DNA from: an uncultured Eubacteriales bacterium
GTDB taxonomy: Bacteria > Bacillota > Clostridia > Christensenellales > CAG-314
Length of the DNA stretch: 64,000 nt
Assembly: GCA_948938605.1 (NCBI GenBank)
Contig: CARAIG010000047.1
Location: 982 to 64,981 of the forward strand
Direction: 5' to 3'
In this document: positions 10,672 through 18,380 of the stretch, in pieces
Layout: the number at the start of each line of letters is the position of its first letter
Numbering within the stretch: position 1 is the first letter of the stretch
Position numbers and translations under genes: made by a program
The notes under the pieces: model-generated
What the model saw: the letters and a program-made list of their open reading frames with translations, nothing else
Databases searched by the model: none
Told to the model about the DNA's origin: nothing

Positions 10672-10707
10672 ACAATAAAAAATCCGCAGGCATATGTACC
10701 TGCGGAT
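10672..10707 (-). terminator. Intrinsic terminator downstream of the M6 protease gene
   Basis: Stem ATCCGCAGG/CCTGCGGAT followed by TTTTTT on the minus strand. Confidence 0.7.
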
Positions 10708-10719
10708 AATTAAAAACAA

Positions 10720-13068
10720 TTAATTATTATATGTGATAGTTATTGTTGCGCCGTCTTTCGAAACGCTGTCGATTGTAATGTTGAAGTTGAGCAGTTTTCC
10801 GTCGTAACGCATATATTGCGGGAATACTTCGCTAAGCGAGTCGCCCGTTTGCCACAAGTCAGTTTGCGAAGCCCAACTGCCTTCCGTACTCTTACTCGTT
10901 TCGCCGTCTGCTTCAACCAACTTAATAAGGGGAAGCCCGGATACGGAATTGTTATTGTCGGTGAACGAACCGTATTCGTCATTATAAGGATTGTTAATAG
11001 ATGAAGCTACGTGATAAATGCGTACGCCGTATTCCGCACCGTCGTATAGAATAGTGTTTGTTTGCTGTGAGCCCATTTCGTTAAGTCCCGTTGCGGTGTA
11101 CAAATCGATCAGCAAATATTCGCAGAAATACGAGTTGTTCCAGTTTAACGGAATAAGTATTGCATATCCGCCTGCTTGCGAACTTTGTATCGTAACCGTC
11201 TTACTGGATGTAATTATTTCGGGAGTAAGCCAACCAAGCATTATTTTAGAATATACGCCGTGATCGCCTACGTTATAGTCCATCATGTCGGCACCGCCCA
11301 GTCCTAAATTACTGCCGCTGTTTTCGTCGTAATCGTAGTAGTCGTCCAAGCCTAAAAGGTGTCCCGTTTCGTGAATGTAAGTTTCGGCATTTACCTTTAC
11401 GTTAGGCATTTTGTCAATATTTTCCGTCATAAAGTCGAAACCCGCAAACAAATAATAGAATGCATCTTTACCGCCAAACGTTTGGTCGCCGTAATACCAA
11501 GTAACATACGCCCAATAGAACGAATCATCGCTTATGTAGTCGACTTCTTCCGAATAGATAAGATATACTGCGTCGATACAACCGTCGCCGTCCGAGTCGT
11601 ACTTTGTTAAGTCGATACGGCTTGCGTAATAAGCAAGCACTTCTTCCAAAAGCTTTGCGGAACCGTCTTTTGTCCAAATGTCGCCATCGATGTCAACTTG
11701 CTCGGAGTATTTAGAATAATAGGACGCACTGTTTTCCGATTCATATACATCCGCAATATCGAATGTAATATTCAACTTGCCGTAGGAAGATTTTTGGTAG
11801 AACGTTTTTACGCTTTCCCAACCGGTTTGCGCCGATGTGCCGTTAAAAGCAATGTTTAGGTTTACCAATTGCTGCTGCGTGATTGTATCGCCGCTGAATT
11901 GAACGGGAATTACAAGCGCATTGAAAGTACCTTGCGACGGCAAACCGATGTAACCGTCGTCTTTTTTCATTTGGTCTTGCAAGTTGCTGTTGTCGAATGT
12001 TTCCTTGTCGTAAACTTGGTTATCCATTGTACCGGTAGGTTCGGTAGGAAGTTCGCTGCCCGAACCGCCTGTACTTGCTTCGGGCAAAGTAAAGTTTACT
12101 TGACCGTACTTGCTAAATTCGTACGTCATTGTGTAACCGTCGGACATTTCGCCGACAATTTTTGTAATTTTGCCGTCGACGATAGTTACTATAAACGAAT
12201 TCCAATTGATGCCGTAATCGCCCAAAACAGCATTACCCGCCGATGTAGGATTAGCTGCGGCATAATTAGTACCCGATTGTACAAATGACAAACTGCTTAT
12301 TTGCGACATATCGATTATATACGAATAAGAATAATAATCGTCAAACTCATTTGAGTTTTCGTCGTATGCGGTATACGTACCGTCGCCGTTGTCGTAATAA
12401 TATGTAAAGCCGTTGGAGTTATCCCAACTTAAATATTCGGTGTATTCGCTTCCGTCGCTGCCGCTATATGTATTTAAAATGTCGTCGCCGCGATATTCGT
12501 AATACTCGATAGATTCGCCGCCTTCGCCGTCGTCTACGGTTACCGTTACGGCAAAGTTCCAGTTGGAATCGTACTGTTTTAATACGTCGCTTATATCGAC
12601 GGGTTTTGTATCTTCACCGCCTTGACTGCCGCCCGAAGTCCAGTGAGCGTACAAAGTCATATTAGACGATATTGCCATAGAATTGTCCCATTTAATGCCG
12701 TTGCCGTTTGTTTCGGTGTACCAACCGCCAAATGTGTAGCCGCTACGGGCGGGCGTAGGCAAAACGGTTGCGGAGTTTTTGTCCAATTCCCTTACTATCG
12801 GTGTAGAACCGGAGTAATTTAAATTTAAAGTCAACACTACTTTGTCGCCGACAATTCCGCCTTGGGAATTTTCCCACTTGGCGTACAAGGCGGTGCCGCT
12901 TGCAATATCGGTATCGTCATTGCTGTAAGGTTGAGTACAATCTTTATCGTAATACCAGCCCTTAAACGTCAAGTTGCCGTTAGTAACTGCGGGCAAGTCG
13001 TCTTGACCTATTGTGTGATTGCGCTCTATCGGCGTACTGTCCGCCGTTACGTAAAGTTTAATGCGCAC
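10720..13068 (-). CDS. M6 (immune-inhibitor-A-like) zinc metalloprotease with N-terminal Listeria-Bacteroides (Flg_new) repeats; separated from its signal peptide by an in-frame TAA
   Basis: HETGHLLGLDDYYDY contains the HExxH motif. FKGWYYDKDCTQPY and YTFGGWYTETNG are Flg_new repeats. The track ORF begins at a GTG that is in frame with the upstream lipoprotein signal peptide ORF. Confidence 0.8.
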   Translation of the reverse strand: MRIKLYVTADSTPIERNHTIGQDDLPAVTNGNLTFKGWYYDKDCTQPYSNDDTDIASGTALYAKWENSQGGIVGDKVVLTLNLNYSGSTPIVRELDKNSATVLPTPARSGYTFGGWYTETNGNGIKWDNSMAISSNMTLYAHWTSGGSQGGEDTKPVDISDVLKQYDSNWNFAVTVTVDDGEGGESIEYYEYRGDDILNTYSGSDGSEYTEYLSWDNSNGFTYYYDNGDGTYTAYDENSNEFDDYYSYSYIIDMSQISSLSFVQSGTNYAAANPTSAGNAVLGDYGINWNSFIVTIVDGKITKIVGEMSDGYTMTYEFSKYGQVNFTLPEASTGGSGSELPTEPTGTMDNQVYDKETFDNSNLQDQMKKDDGYIGLPSQGTFNALVIPVQFSGDTITQQQLVNLNIAFNGTSAQTGWESVKTFYQKSSYGKLNITFDIADVYESENSASYYSKYSEQVDIDGDIWTKDGSAKLLEEVLAYYASRIDLTKYDSDGDGCIDAVYLIYSEEVDYISDDSFYWAYVTWYYGDQTFGGKDAFYYLFAGFDFMTENIDKMPNVKVNAETYIHETGHLLGLDDYYDYDENSGSNLGLGGADMMDYNVGDHGVYSKIMLGWLTPEIITSSKTVTIQSSQAGGYAILIPLNWNNSYFCEYLLIDLYTATGLNEMGSQQTNTILYDGAEYGVRIYHVASSINNPYNDEYGSFTDNNNSVSGLPLIKLVEADGETSKSTEGSWASQTDLWQTGDSLSEVFPQYMRYDGKLLNFNITIDSVSKDGATITITYNN

Positions 13069-13077
13069 GGTAGTTGC

Positions 13078-13155
13078 TTAGGGTGCGCATGCAGTAACTG
13101 CAATCAACGCAAATACCATTACGATTGAAAGCATTATTACAACGATTTTTTTCAT
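13078..13155 (-). other. Orphaned lipoprotein signal peptide (MKKIVVIMLSIVMVFALIAVTACAP) ending at an in-frame TAA (13078-13080)
   Basis: ATG at 13155 with RBS GGAGGT 5 nt upstream; the lipobox is VTAC. It is in the same reading frame as the 10720-13068 ORF, which resumes 3 codons after the TAA. Confidence 0.8.
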
Positions 13156-13377
13156 AGTTACCTCCATTACGGTTTTATTTTAAACCCGCGTACAAAAATA
13201 GTCAATACAATTTTTTTAATAGATATATAAATTACGCAAATAAACTGTTATAAGATATGCAAAGCAACCGACTTACATATAAAAATCAATTTATTGAGAT
13301 TGCGCAAATAATTTTTACCGTTTTAATAAACGTTACAAACCGTTATTTTATTGCAGATTTAAACAAAAATTTGAGTA

Positions 13378-13406
13378 TTGATTAAATCATTGCATAATGG
13401 TATAAT
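13378..13406 (+). promoter_or_regulatory. Sigma-70-type promoter for the PI-PLC-like gene
   Basis: TTGATT, 17-nt spacer, TATAAT, with TGG directly upstream of the -10. Confidence 0.45.
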
Positions 13407-13487
13407 AAATTAATCACGCAAACGACAACAAAAATACATTTTGTCGCGCGTAACATTATACGCATATCGACACACAAGGAGTTAATT

Positions 13488-14528
13488 ATGACTAAACGCA
13501 AATTATCTTTAATAATAATTGCAGCCGTTTTAGGCGCAATACTTATTGCCGTATCCGTTTGCGCAATTATAGCAAACAGCAAAAACGACAAAAGCCAGCC
13601 TGTCGAACAACTTGCTAGCTGGCAAAGTATGATTAAAGACGATGTTTTGCTTAAAGACGTTGTTATAGCAGGCGCGCACGACGCGGGAACAAAGGGAATA
13701 TCCTACCTTGCCGCAACGCAAGACAGAGATATTGCCGACTTGCTTAAATGCGGTACGCGCTATCTTGACTTGCGCGTTGCGTATTCCAAACAGAAACTGT
13801 TAATTTATCACGGACCGTTTAAGGGAATGAGTTTGGAAAGCGTAATTGACGACGTTAAGCAATTCCTTGTTGACAACACCAGCGAAAACATAATTTTAGA
13901 CTTCCAACACTTTGAAGAAAATGACACCGAAGCGCAAAACGAAACAATTAAACTTGTAGACGAACAATTAAAAGAAATGCTTGTAATAAACCTAACAGAC
14001 AAGTCAGACGTTGAATTTGTCGACAGTTTGACAATGGGCGACGTACGCGGTAAATGCCTTATTGTTTGGGGACGGACAAATGACGATATAATTTCAAAGA
14101 ATTACGTATTTCAACGTAACAATGATGACGGAAGCCGCACGAACAGTGTTTTACACTCCTTTTATTTTAGCAAGTACAACAAAAAAAGTTCGGCAAACTA
14201 CATTAAAGACGGATTGTCGCACTATTTGGGTTTGTACAAAGAACCGCAATACGGACAAGGACTTAGAATATTGCAAGGACAGTTGACGGACGGTATGTTT
14301 GTATTCGGCCCGCACTTTCGCGAAGCAACGCACACCGACAATATGAACGAATATCTTGACGGACTAAAAACAAGCCCCGACCTTGCATACATTAACATTG
14401 TAATACGCGACTTTATAACGCCGTCGAAAAATTGTTACGCGCTGCAATTAAACCTTGCTAAAAACACCGTAAAGACGGACAAAGTTGCGACATTCGAAAA
14501 AATGATTGCGGACACGTTGGGGAAATAA
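13488..14528 (+). CDS. Membrane-anchored PI-PLC X-domain (phosphatidylinositol-specific phospholipase C-like) phosphodiesterase
   Basis: VIAGAHDAG, GTRYLDLRV and LLIYHGP align with the IPGTHD / IRYIDIR / IYHGP motifs of Bacillus PI-PLC. There is an N-terminal transmembrane anchor. Confidence 0.75.
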   Translation: MTKRKLSLIIIAAVLGAILIAVSVCAIIANSKNDKSQPVEQLASWQSMIKDDVLLKDVVIAGAHDAGTKGISYLAATQDRDIADLLKCGTRYLDLRVAYSKQKLLIYHGPFKGMSLESVIDDVKQFLVDNTSENIILDFQHFEENDTEAQNETIKLVDEQLKEMLVINLTDKSDVEFVDSLTMGDVRGKCLIVWGRTNDDIISKNYVFQRNNDDGSRTNSVLHSFYFSKYNKKSSANYIKDGLSHYLGLYKEPQYGQGLRILQGQLTDGMFVFGPHFREATHTDNMNEYLDGLKTSPDLAYINIVIRDFITPSKNCYALQLNLAKNTVKTDKVATFEKMIADTLGK

Positions 14529-14547
14529 TTAAATCTGCACAAAATGA

Positions 14548-14593
14548 TAAAAACGCACCATTTTAGGAAAAATCCAAAATGATGCGTTTTTTA
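14548..14593. terminator. Bidirectional intrinsic terminator shared by the convergent PI-PLC and trkH transcription units
   Basis: Stem ACGCACCATTTT/AAAATGATGCGT, flanked by an A-run upstream and a T-run downstream. Confidence 0.6.
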
Positions 14594-14611
14594 ATGCGCA
14601 TTAAAATATAT

Positions 14612-15294
14612 GTCATCCTGAGCGAACGCAGTGAGTCGAAGGATCTAAGTGCCAACGGAATAAATCGTATATACCGTATTCTTAGATGTTTCGCAACATT
14701 CGCCGTCCTTTGGCGAAACTGCGCCTACGGCTCCGCTCAGGATGACATAATTGATGTTATGCTCAGGATGACATATATTTGGAACACGTAAAGCGTAATT
14801 GTGGTGGCATTTAATTCTGGATTGCTTCGCTAACGCTCGCAAAGACGTTACCAAGTAACAACCTGAGCCCGTAGATGGGTGCGGATACAAGACAAACGAA
14901 TAACCCGCAAAGGAAAAAACAATGCGGGCTAAAATTATATATTATGCGGTGGGCAAGAGTCTGCCCACCCTACGATGATGTTTAACGCAGTAGACGCGCC
15001 TTTTAAATTGCCTATTTTGCCCTAAGCCCGTAAAAACGAGCAAGAGAAGGCGGGTGCGGATATGACGACGGAAGCGTATTAGGTTTACGTGACTGCAATG
15101 TACGTTAAACATTTAATGACACATTTAAATCCTATTGATAATTCGTGTAAAACAACAAGTAAGGGCTAACTAAGCCCGTAGATGGGTGCGGATACAAGGC
15201 AAACGAATAGCCCGCTAGGAAGTGTATAAAGACATACACGACCGACGCGGGCTATGATGTTTAACGCAGTAGACGCGCCCATATACGGGCTTAG
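14612..15294. repeat. Palindromic repeat island A, a mosaic of extragenic palindrome modules colinear with island B
   Basis: Modules, in order: GTCATCCTGAGCGAACGCAGTGAGTCGAAGGATCT (14612-14646). CTTAGAT..TCGCAACATTCGCCGTCCTTTGGCGAAAC (14681-14719). GCTCAGGATGAC twice (14735, 14761). GGATTGCTTCGC.. (14819). Hairpin-element copies at 14864-15000 (degenerate, carrying an inserted GGTGGGCAAGAGTCTGCCCACC palindrome), 15022-~15120 (5' fragment) and 15170-15294 (intact). Confidence 0.85.
15170..15294. repeat. Intact ~125-nt long-hairpin element, copy A3, beginning 3 nt after the trkH stop codon
   Basis: CTAAGCCCGTA...TACGGGCTTAG closing stem, extended by ATGGGTGCG/CGCGCCCAT. Middle stem TAGCCCGC/GCGGGCTA. 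Apical stem GTGTAT-AAAGAC-ATACAC. Confidence 0.8.
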
Positions 15295-15297
15295 GAA

Positions 15298-16770
15298 TTA
15301 TTTTTTTATCCACGTTAAGGGGGACAGAGTCAACAATAAGGGGTAAATTTCCAGTCTGCCGAACATCATTGCAAACGTCATTGCCAGCTTGGACAGCCAA
15401 CTGTACATATAGCAACCGTTAGACGCAACTCCGAATGCAGGCCCGACGTTATTAACGCACGAAGCCGCAATTGAAATATTTGCTTCAACCGAAAGTTCGG
15501 GGTTGGGATCGAAACTTAAAATTACAAACAGCGCCGCTATTATAAACATATACAGCGCAAAGTAACTTGTAACGCCGTGCAAGGTTTCGTCCGTTACCGC
15601 CTTGCCTTCAAACTTGATTGCGTTGGCGTGACGGGGATGAATGATGCGTCGCAATTCCTTGCGTACAGCGCAGCACAGTAGCGCTATACGGGATATTTTA
15701 AGCCCGCCTGCGGTAGAACCTGCACAACCGCCCACAAACAGCAGTAAAAACAGCAAGCCTTTGGTTAATTGCGGAAGTTCGTTTATTGACGACGATGAAG
15801 GTATCGTGGAATAACCAGTTGTAGTTACAAAGGACGCCACTTGGAAAAACGCATGACGTATTCCGTCGTTTGCGCCTTGCGTAAAATTCATTTGGTTAGT
15901 AATGTTTATTGCTATTGCGGTTGTAAACACCACTATTATACCCGTATATATCCACAGTTCGCGCGACGAAAACGCCGAACGGAACTTGCGTATTAACATC
16001 AAAAAGTACAAGTTGAAGTTTACGCCGAACAACAACATAAATACCGTTATTATCCATTGACAAGCGGGATTGTACGAAGCAATGCTGTCGGCGTGTATGC
16101 CGAAACCGCCTGTACCCGCCGTACCGAACGAATGGGTTACGGCGTCGAACAACGGCATACCGGCAATTATCAACGCGATAATTTCCAAAACGGTAAGACC
16201 GACGTAAATAAGGTACAGTATTTTTGCGGTATTGCGCGCGCGGGGAACAATTTTGTCAACGGTAGGACCGGGCATTTCCGCACGTAAAATGTGCATACTG
16301 CGTTCGCTTGCGCCCGTCATAACCGCCATTACCAAAACTATTACTCCCATACCCCCTATCCAGTGGGTAAAACTCCGCCAAAACAGCAAACCTTTTGCCA
16401 TTGTTTCGATTTGCTCGCCTTGCAGTATGGTTGCGCCCGTTGTGGAAAATCCGCTTGTGGTTTCGAATAACGCGTCTATATATGACGGAATAGCTCCGCT
16501 TATAACAAAGGGCAATGCGCCTATTAGCGAAACGTACACCCACGACAGAGATACGATTATAAGCCCTTCCTTGGAAAAGAAAACGTTATTTTTAGGACGC
16601 AATGCAAACACGAGCACAACGCCTACAACTGCGCTTATACCTATCGTAACGGCAAATGCCCACCAACAGCTTTCCGTTAAACTTGCGGCAATAACCATTG
16701 GCAGTACCAACAGTGCGGCAAGCACCAACGCTACTTTGCCTAATGTGTTAAAAATTATGCGGTAGTTCAT
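15298..16770 (-). CDS. trkH: TrkH/KtrB-family potassium uptake membrane subunit
   Basis: 490 aa and polytopic, with repeated selectivity-filter-like GFSTTG, GTAGTGGFG, TTTGYS and STAGGLK segments. It lies 2 nt downstream of trkA. Confidence 0.9.
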   Translation of the reverse strand: MNYRIIFNTLGKVALVLAALLVLPMVIAASLTESCWWAFAVTIGISAVVGVVLVFALRPKNNVFFSKEGLIIVSLSWVYVSLIGALPFVISGAIPSYIDALFETTSGFSTTGATILQGEQIETMAKGLLFWRSFTHWIGGMGVIVLVMAVMTGASERSMHILRAEMPGPTVDKIVPRARNTAKILYLIYVGLTVLEIIALIIAGMPLFDAVTHSFGTAGTGGFGIHADSIASYNPACQWIITVFMLLFGVNFNLYFLMLIRKFRSAFSSRELWIYTGIIVVFTTAIAINITNQMNFTQGANDGIRHAFFQVASFVTTTGYSTIPSSSSINELPQLTKGLLFLLLFVGGCAGSTAGGLKISRIALLCCAVRKELRRIIHPRHANAIKFEGKAVTDETLHGVTSYFALYMFIIAALFVILSFDPNPELSVEANISIAASCVNNVGPAFGVASNGCYMYSWLSKLAMTFAMMFGRLEIYPLLLTLSPLTWIKK

Positions 16771-16772
16771 TG

Positions 16773-18134
16773 TTACCTCACAATTTCCGACAAGTCGTAC
16801 AAGTGCGAACCCATTGCAACGACTATTACGCGGTCGCCTATATTAATACTGTCCGAACCTTGGGGAATGATTGTTTCCCTGCCGCGGATAATTCCCGCAA
16901 TAATGAAGTTAGGTTTTAAATTTAAATCTTTAAGGGGAACGCCGATTATTGCGCTATCGGACAATACGGCAAATTCCAACGCTTCCGCCTTACCGTCCAT
17001 AAGGTTGTACATTGTTTCCACCTTGCTGGCAAGAGAATTGTCCAAAGCCCGCGCATAACGGGTTAACGTATTAGCAACAAACTTTTGCGGACAAACCGTT
17101 GTGTACAAACCCAGTTTTTCCGCAAGACTAATCATATTTTGATGACTTACTTTTGTTATTACCTTGGGGACTCGTTCGCTGTTGCAGTAAAAGGACATAA
17201 GGATATTTTCCTCATCGTTACCCGTTAAGGCAACAAAAGCCGAAGTTTGCCTAATGCCTTCCTCCCACAACAAGTCCTGATTTGTTCCGTCACCGCAAAT
17301 GACCGTTGTAGACGACGGCAATTTTTCGGCAATGACGGCACACTTTTCTTCGTCCTTTTCAATTATCTTAACGTTCAGTCCGTTACTTGCAAGCAATTTT
17401 GCAAGATAACACGCAACGGTACTTCCGCCCATAATTATTACGTCGTGTCCTTGTTTTTGCGCAAAGCCCGCGCCTTTTACGAATTTGTGCGAATCGCTGC
17501 GCTTAACCATAAAAGCGACTTTGTCTTCCACTTGAAGTTGAAAAGTACCTGTCGGAATATACACTTGGTCGTCACGTTGAACTACGCACGCAACAAACGG
17601 CACTGAACTTTTTTTACGGATATCCTGCAATGTTTTGTTGACAATGGGCGAATCGTCGTGAACGACTATTTCCAACAACTGCACCATTTTGCCTGCAAAG
17701 TTGTCTACATTTACTGCCGAAGGCAGTTTTAAAATGTCGTACAACGCTTGCGCCGTTAACAGTTCGGGGTTTAAAGACATTGACAAGTCCAATTCCTTTT
17801 TCAATATCTGCAAACTGTCGTCGTTATACTCCGTTTCGCGGATACGCGCAACCGTATACTTTGCCCCCATACGTTTTGCCAAAAAGCACGATAACATATT
17901 AACTTCGTCCGATTCGGTAACGGCAATAAACAAGTCTGTCTTGGACACTTCCGCTTGATTAAGCATTTCGGTAGAAGTAGCACTGCCGTAAATTGCCATT
18001 ACGTCAAATGTGTTGGTTATTTGTTCGATGACCTGAGGATCGTTGTCGATAGCGACAATGTCGTGACGCTCCTCCTGCATACTTTCCAAAATTGCTTTAC
18101 CGATTTTACCGCAACCTACTACGATAACTTTCAT
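16773..18134 (-). CDS. trkA: Trk system NAD-binding peripheral subunit with two RCK/TrkA-N domains
   Basis: MKVIVVGCGKIGKAI is the first Rossmann motif and VIIMGGSTVACYLAKLL is the second. 453 aa. Confidence 0.9.
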   Translation of the reverse strand: MKVIVVGCGKIGKAILESMQEERHDIVAIDNDPQVIEQITNTFDVMAIYGSATSTEMLNQAEVSKTDLFIAVTESDEVNMLSCFLAKRMGAKYTVARIRETEYNDDSLQILKKELDLSMSLNPELLTAQALYDILKLPSAVNVDNFAGKMVQLLEIVVHDDSPIVNKTLQDIRKKSSVPFVACVVQRDDQVYIPTGTFQLQVEDKVAFMVKRSDSHKFVKGAGFAQKQGHDVIIMGGSTVACYLAKLLASNGLNVKIIEKDEEKCAVIAEKLPSSTTVICGDGTNQDLLWEEGIRQTSAFVALTGNDEENILMSFYCNSERVPKVITKVSHQNMISLAEKLGLYTTVCPQKFVANTLTRYARALDNSLASKVETMYNLMDGKAEALEFAVLSDSAIIGVPLKDLNLKPNFIIAGIIRGRETIIPQGSDSINIGDRVIVVAMGSHLYDLSEIVR

Positions 18135-18210
18135 AAAAATTGACCTCTATTGTCAAATGATTGCGCAACGCTTGTCCCGTCAAGTAAAACGGTTACGTTA
18201 AGCAAAAAAC

Positions 18211-18239
18211 ATTATATCACGAACGGCAAACGTTTGCAA
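18211..18239 (-). promoter_or_regulatory. Sigma-70-type promoter for trkA-trkH
   Basis: The minus strand reads TTGCAA, 17-nt spacer, TATAAT, about 75 nt upstream of the trkA ATG. Confidence 0.5.
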
Positions 18240-18302
18240 CAAATATTTTGAACGGATAAAAAATGCTGTGCCCTTTCAAATCAGCCAACTATTGCGGCAC
18301 GC

Positions 18303-18336
18303 ACAAAAAACCGCAAATATAATTATCTGCGGTTTT
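18303..18336 (-). terminator. Intrinsic terminator after the sigma/beta-propeller operon
   Basis: Stem AACCGCA/TGCGGTT followed by TTTTTT on the minus strand. Confidence 0.6.
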
Positions 18337-18380
18337 AATCAAATTATTCAGTTGTACTTTAACAACGTGAAACCCTAACG

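Noticed and set aside
14579-14890. 70-aa and 81-aa ORFs inside repeat island A (VILSERSESKDL..., ...AQDDIIDVMLRMT).
   Set aside because: They are translations of extragenic palindromic modules, the same artefact peptides I recall from other genomes. They have no RBS and both strands give ORFs.
14612-15294. Possible CRISPR array, because of the reiterated short repeats (also at 22755-23175).
   Set aside because: The repeats are inverted/palindromic modules of differing sequence and irregular spacing. There is no direct-repeat/spacer periodicity and no cas genes in the window.
15170-15294. Resemblance of AAGCCCGTA...TACGGGCTT to a group II intron domain 5 stem.
   Set aside because: Domain 5 is a ~34-nt hairpin, whereas here the arms enclose ~100 nt. 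No reverse transcriptase/maturase ORF or other intron domains are nearby.
16232-16765. 177-aa plus-strand ORF.
   Set aside because: It is antisense to trkH.
18135-18310. c-di-AMP (ydaO/kimA-type) riboswitch upstream of trkA.
   Set aside because: The leader from the predicted promoter is only ~75 nt and lacks the pseudo-twofold ACGGGG/CCC motifs.
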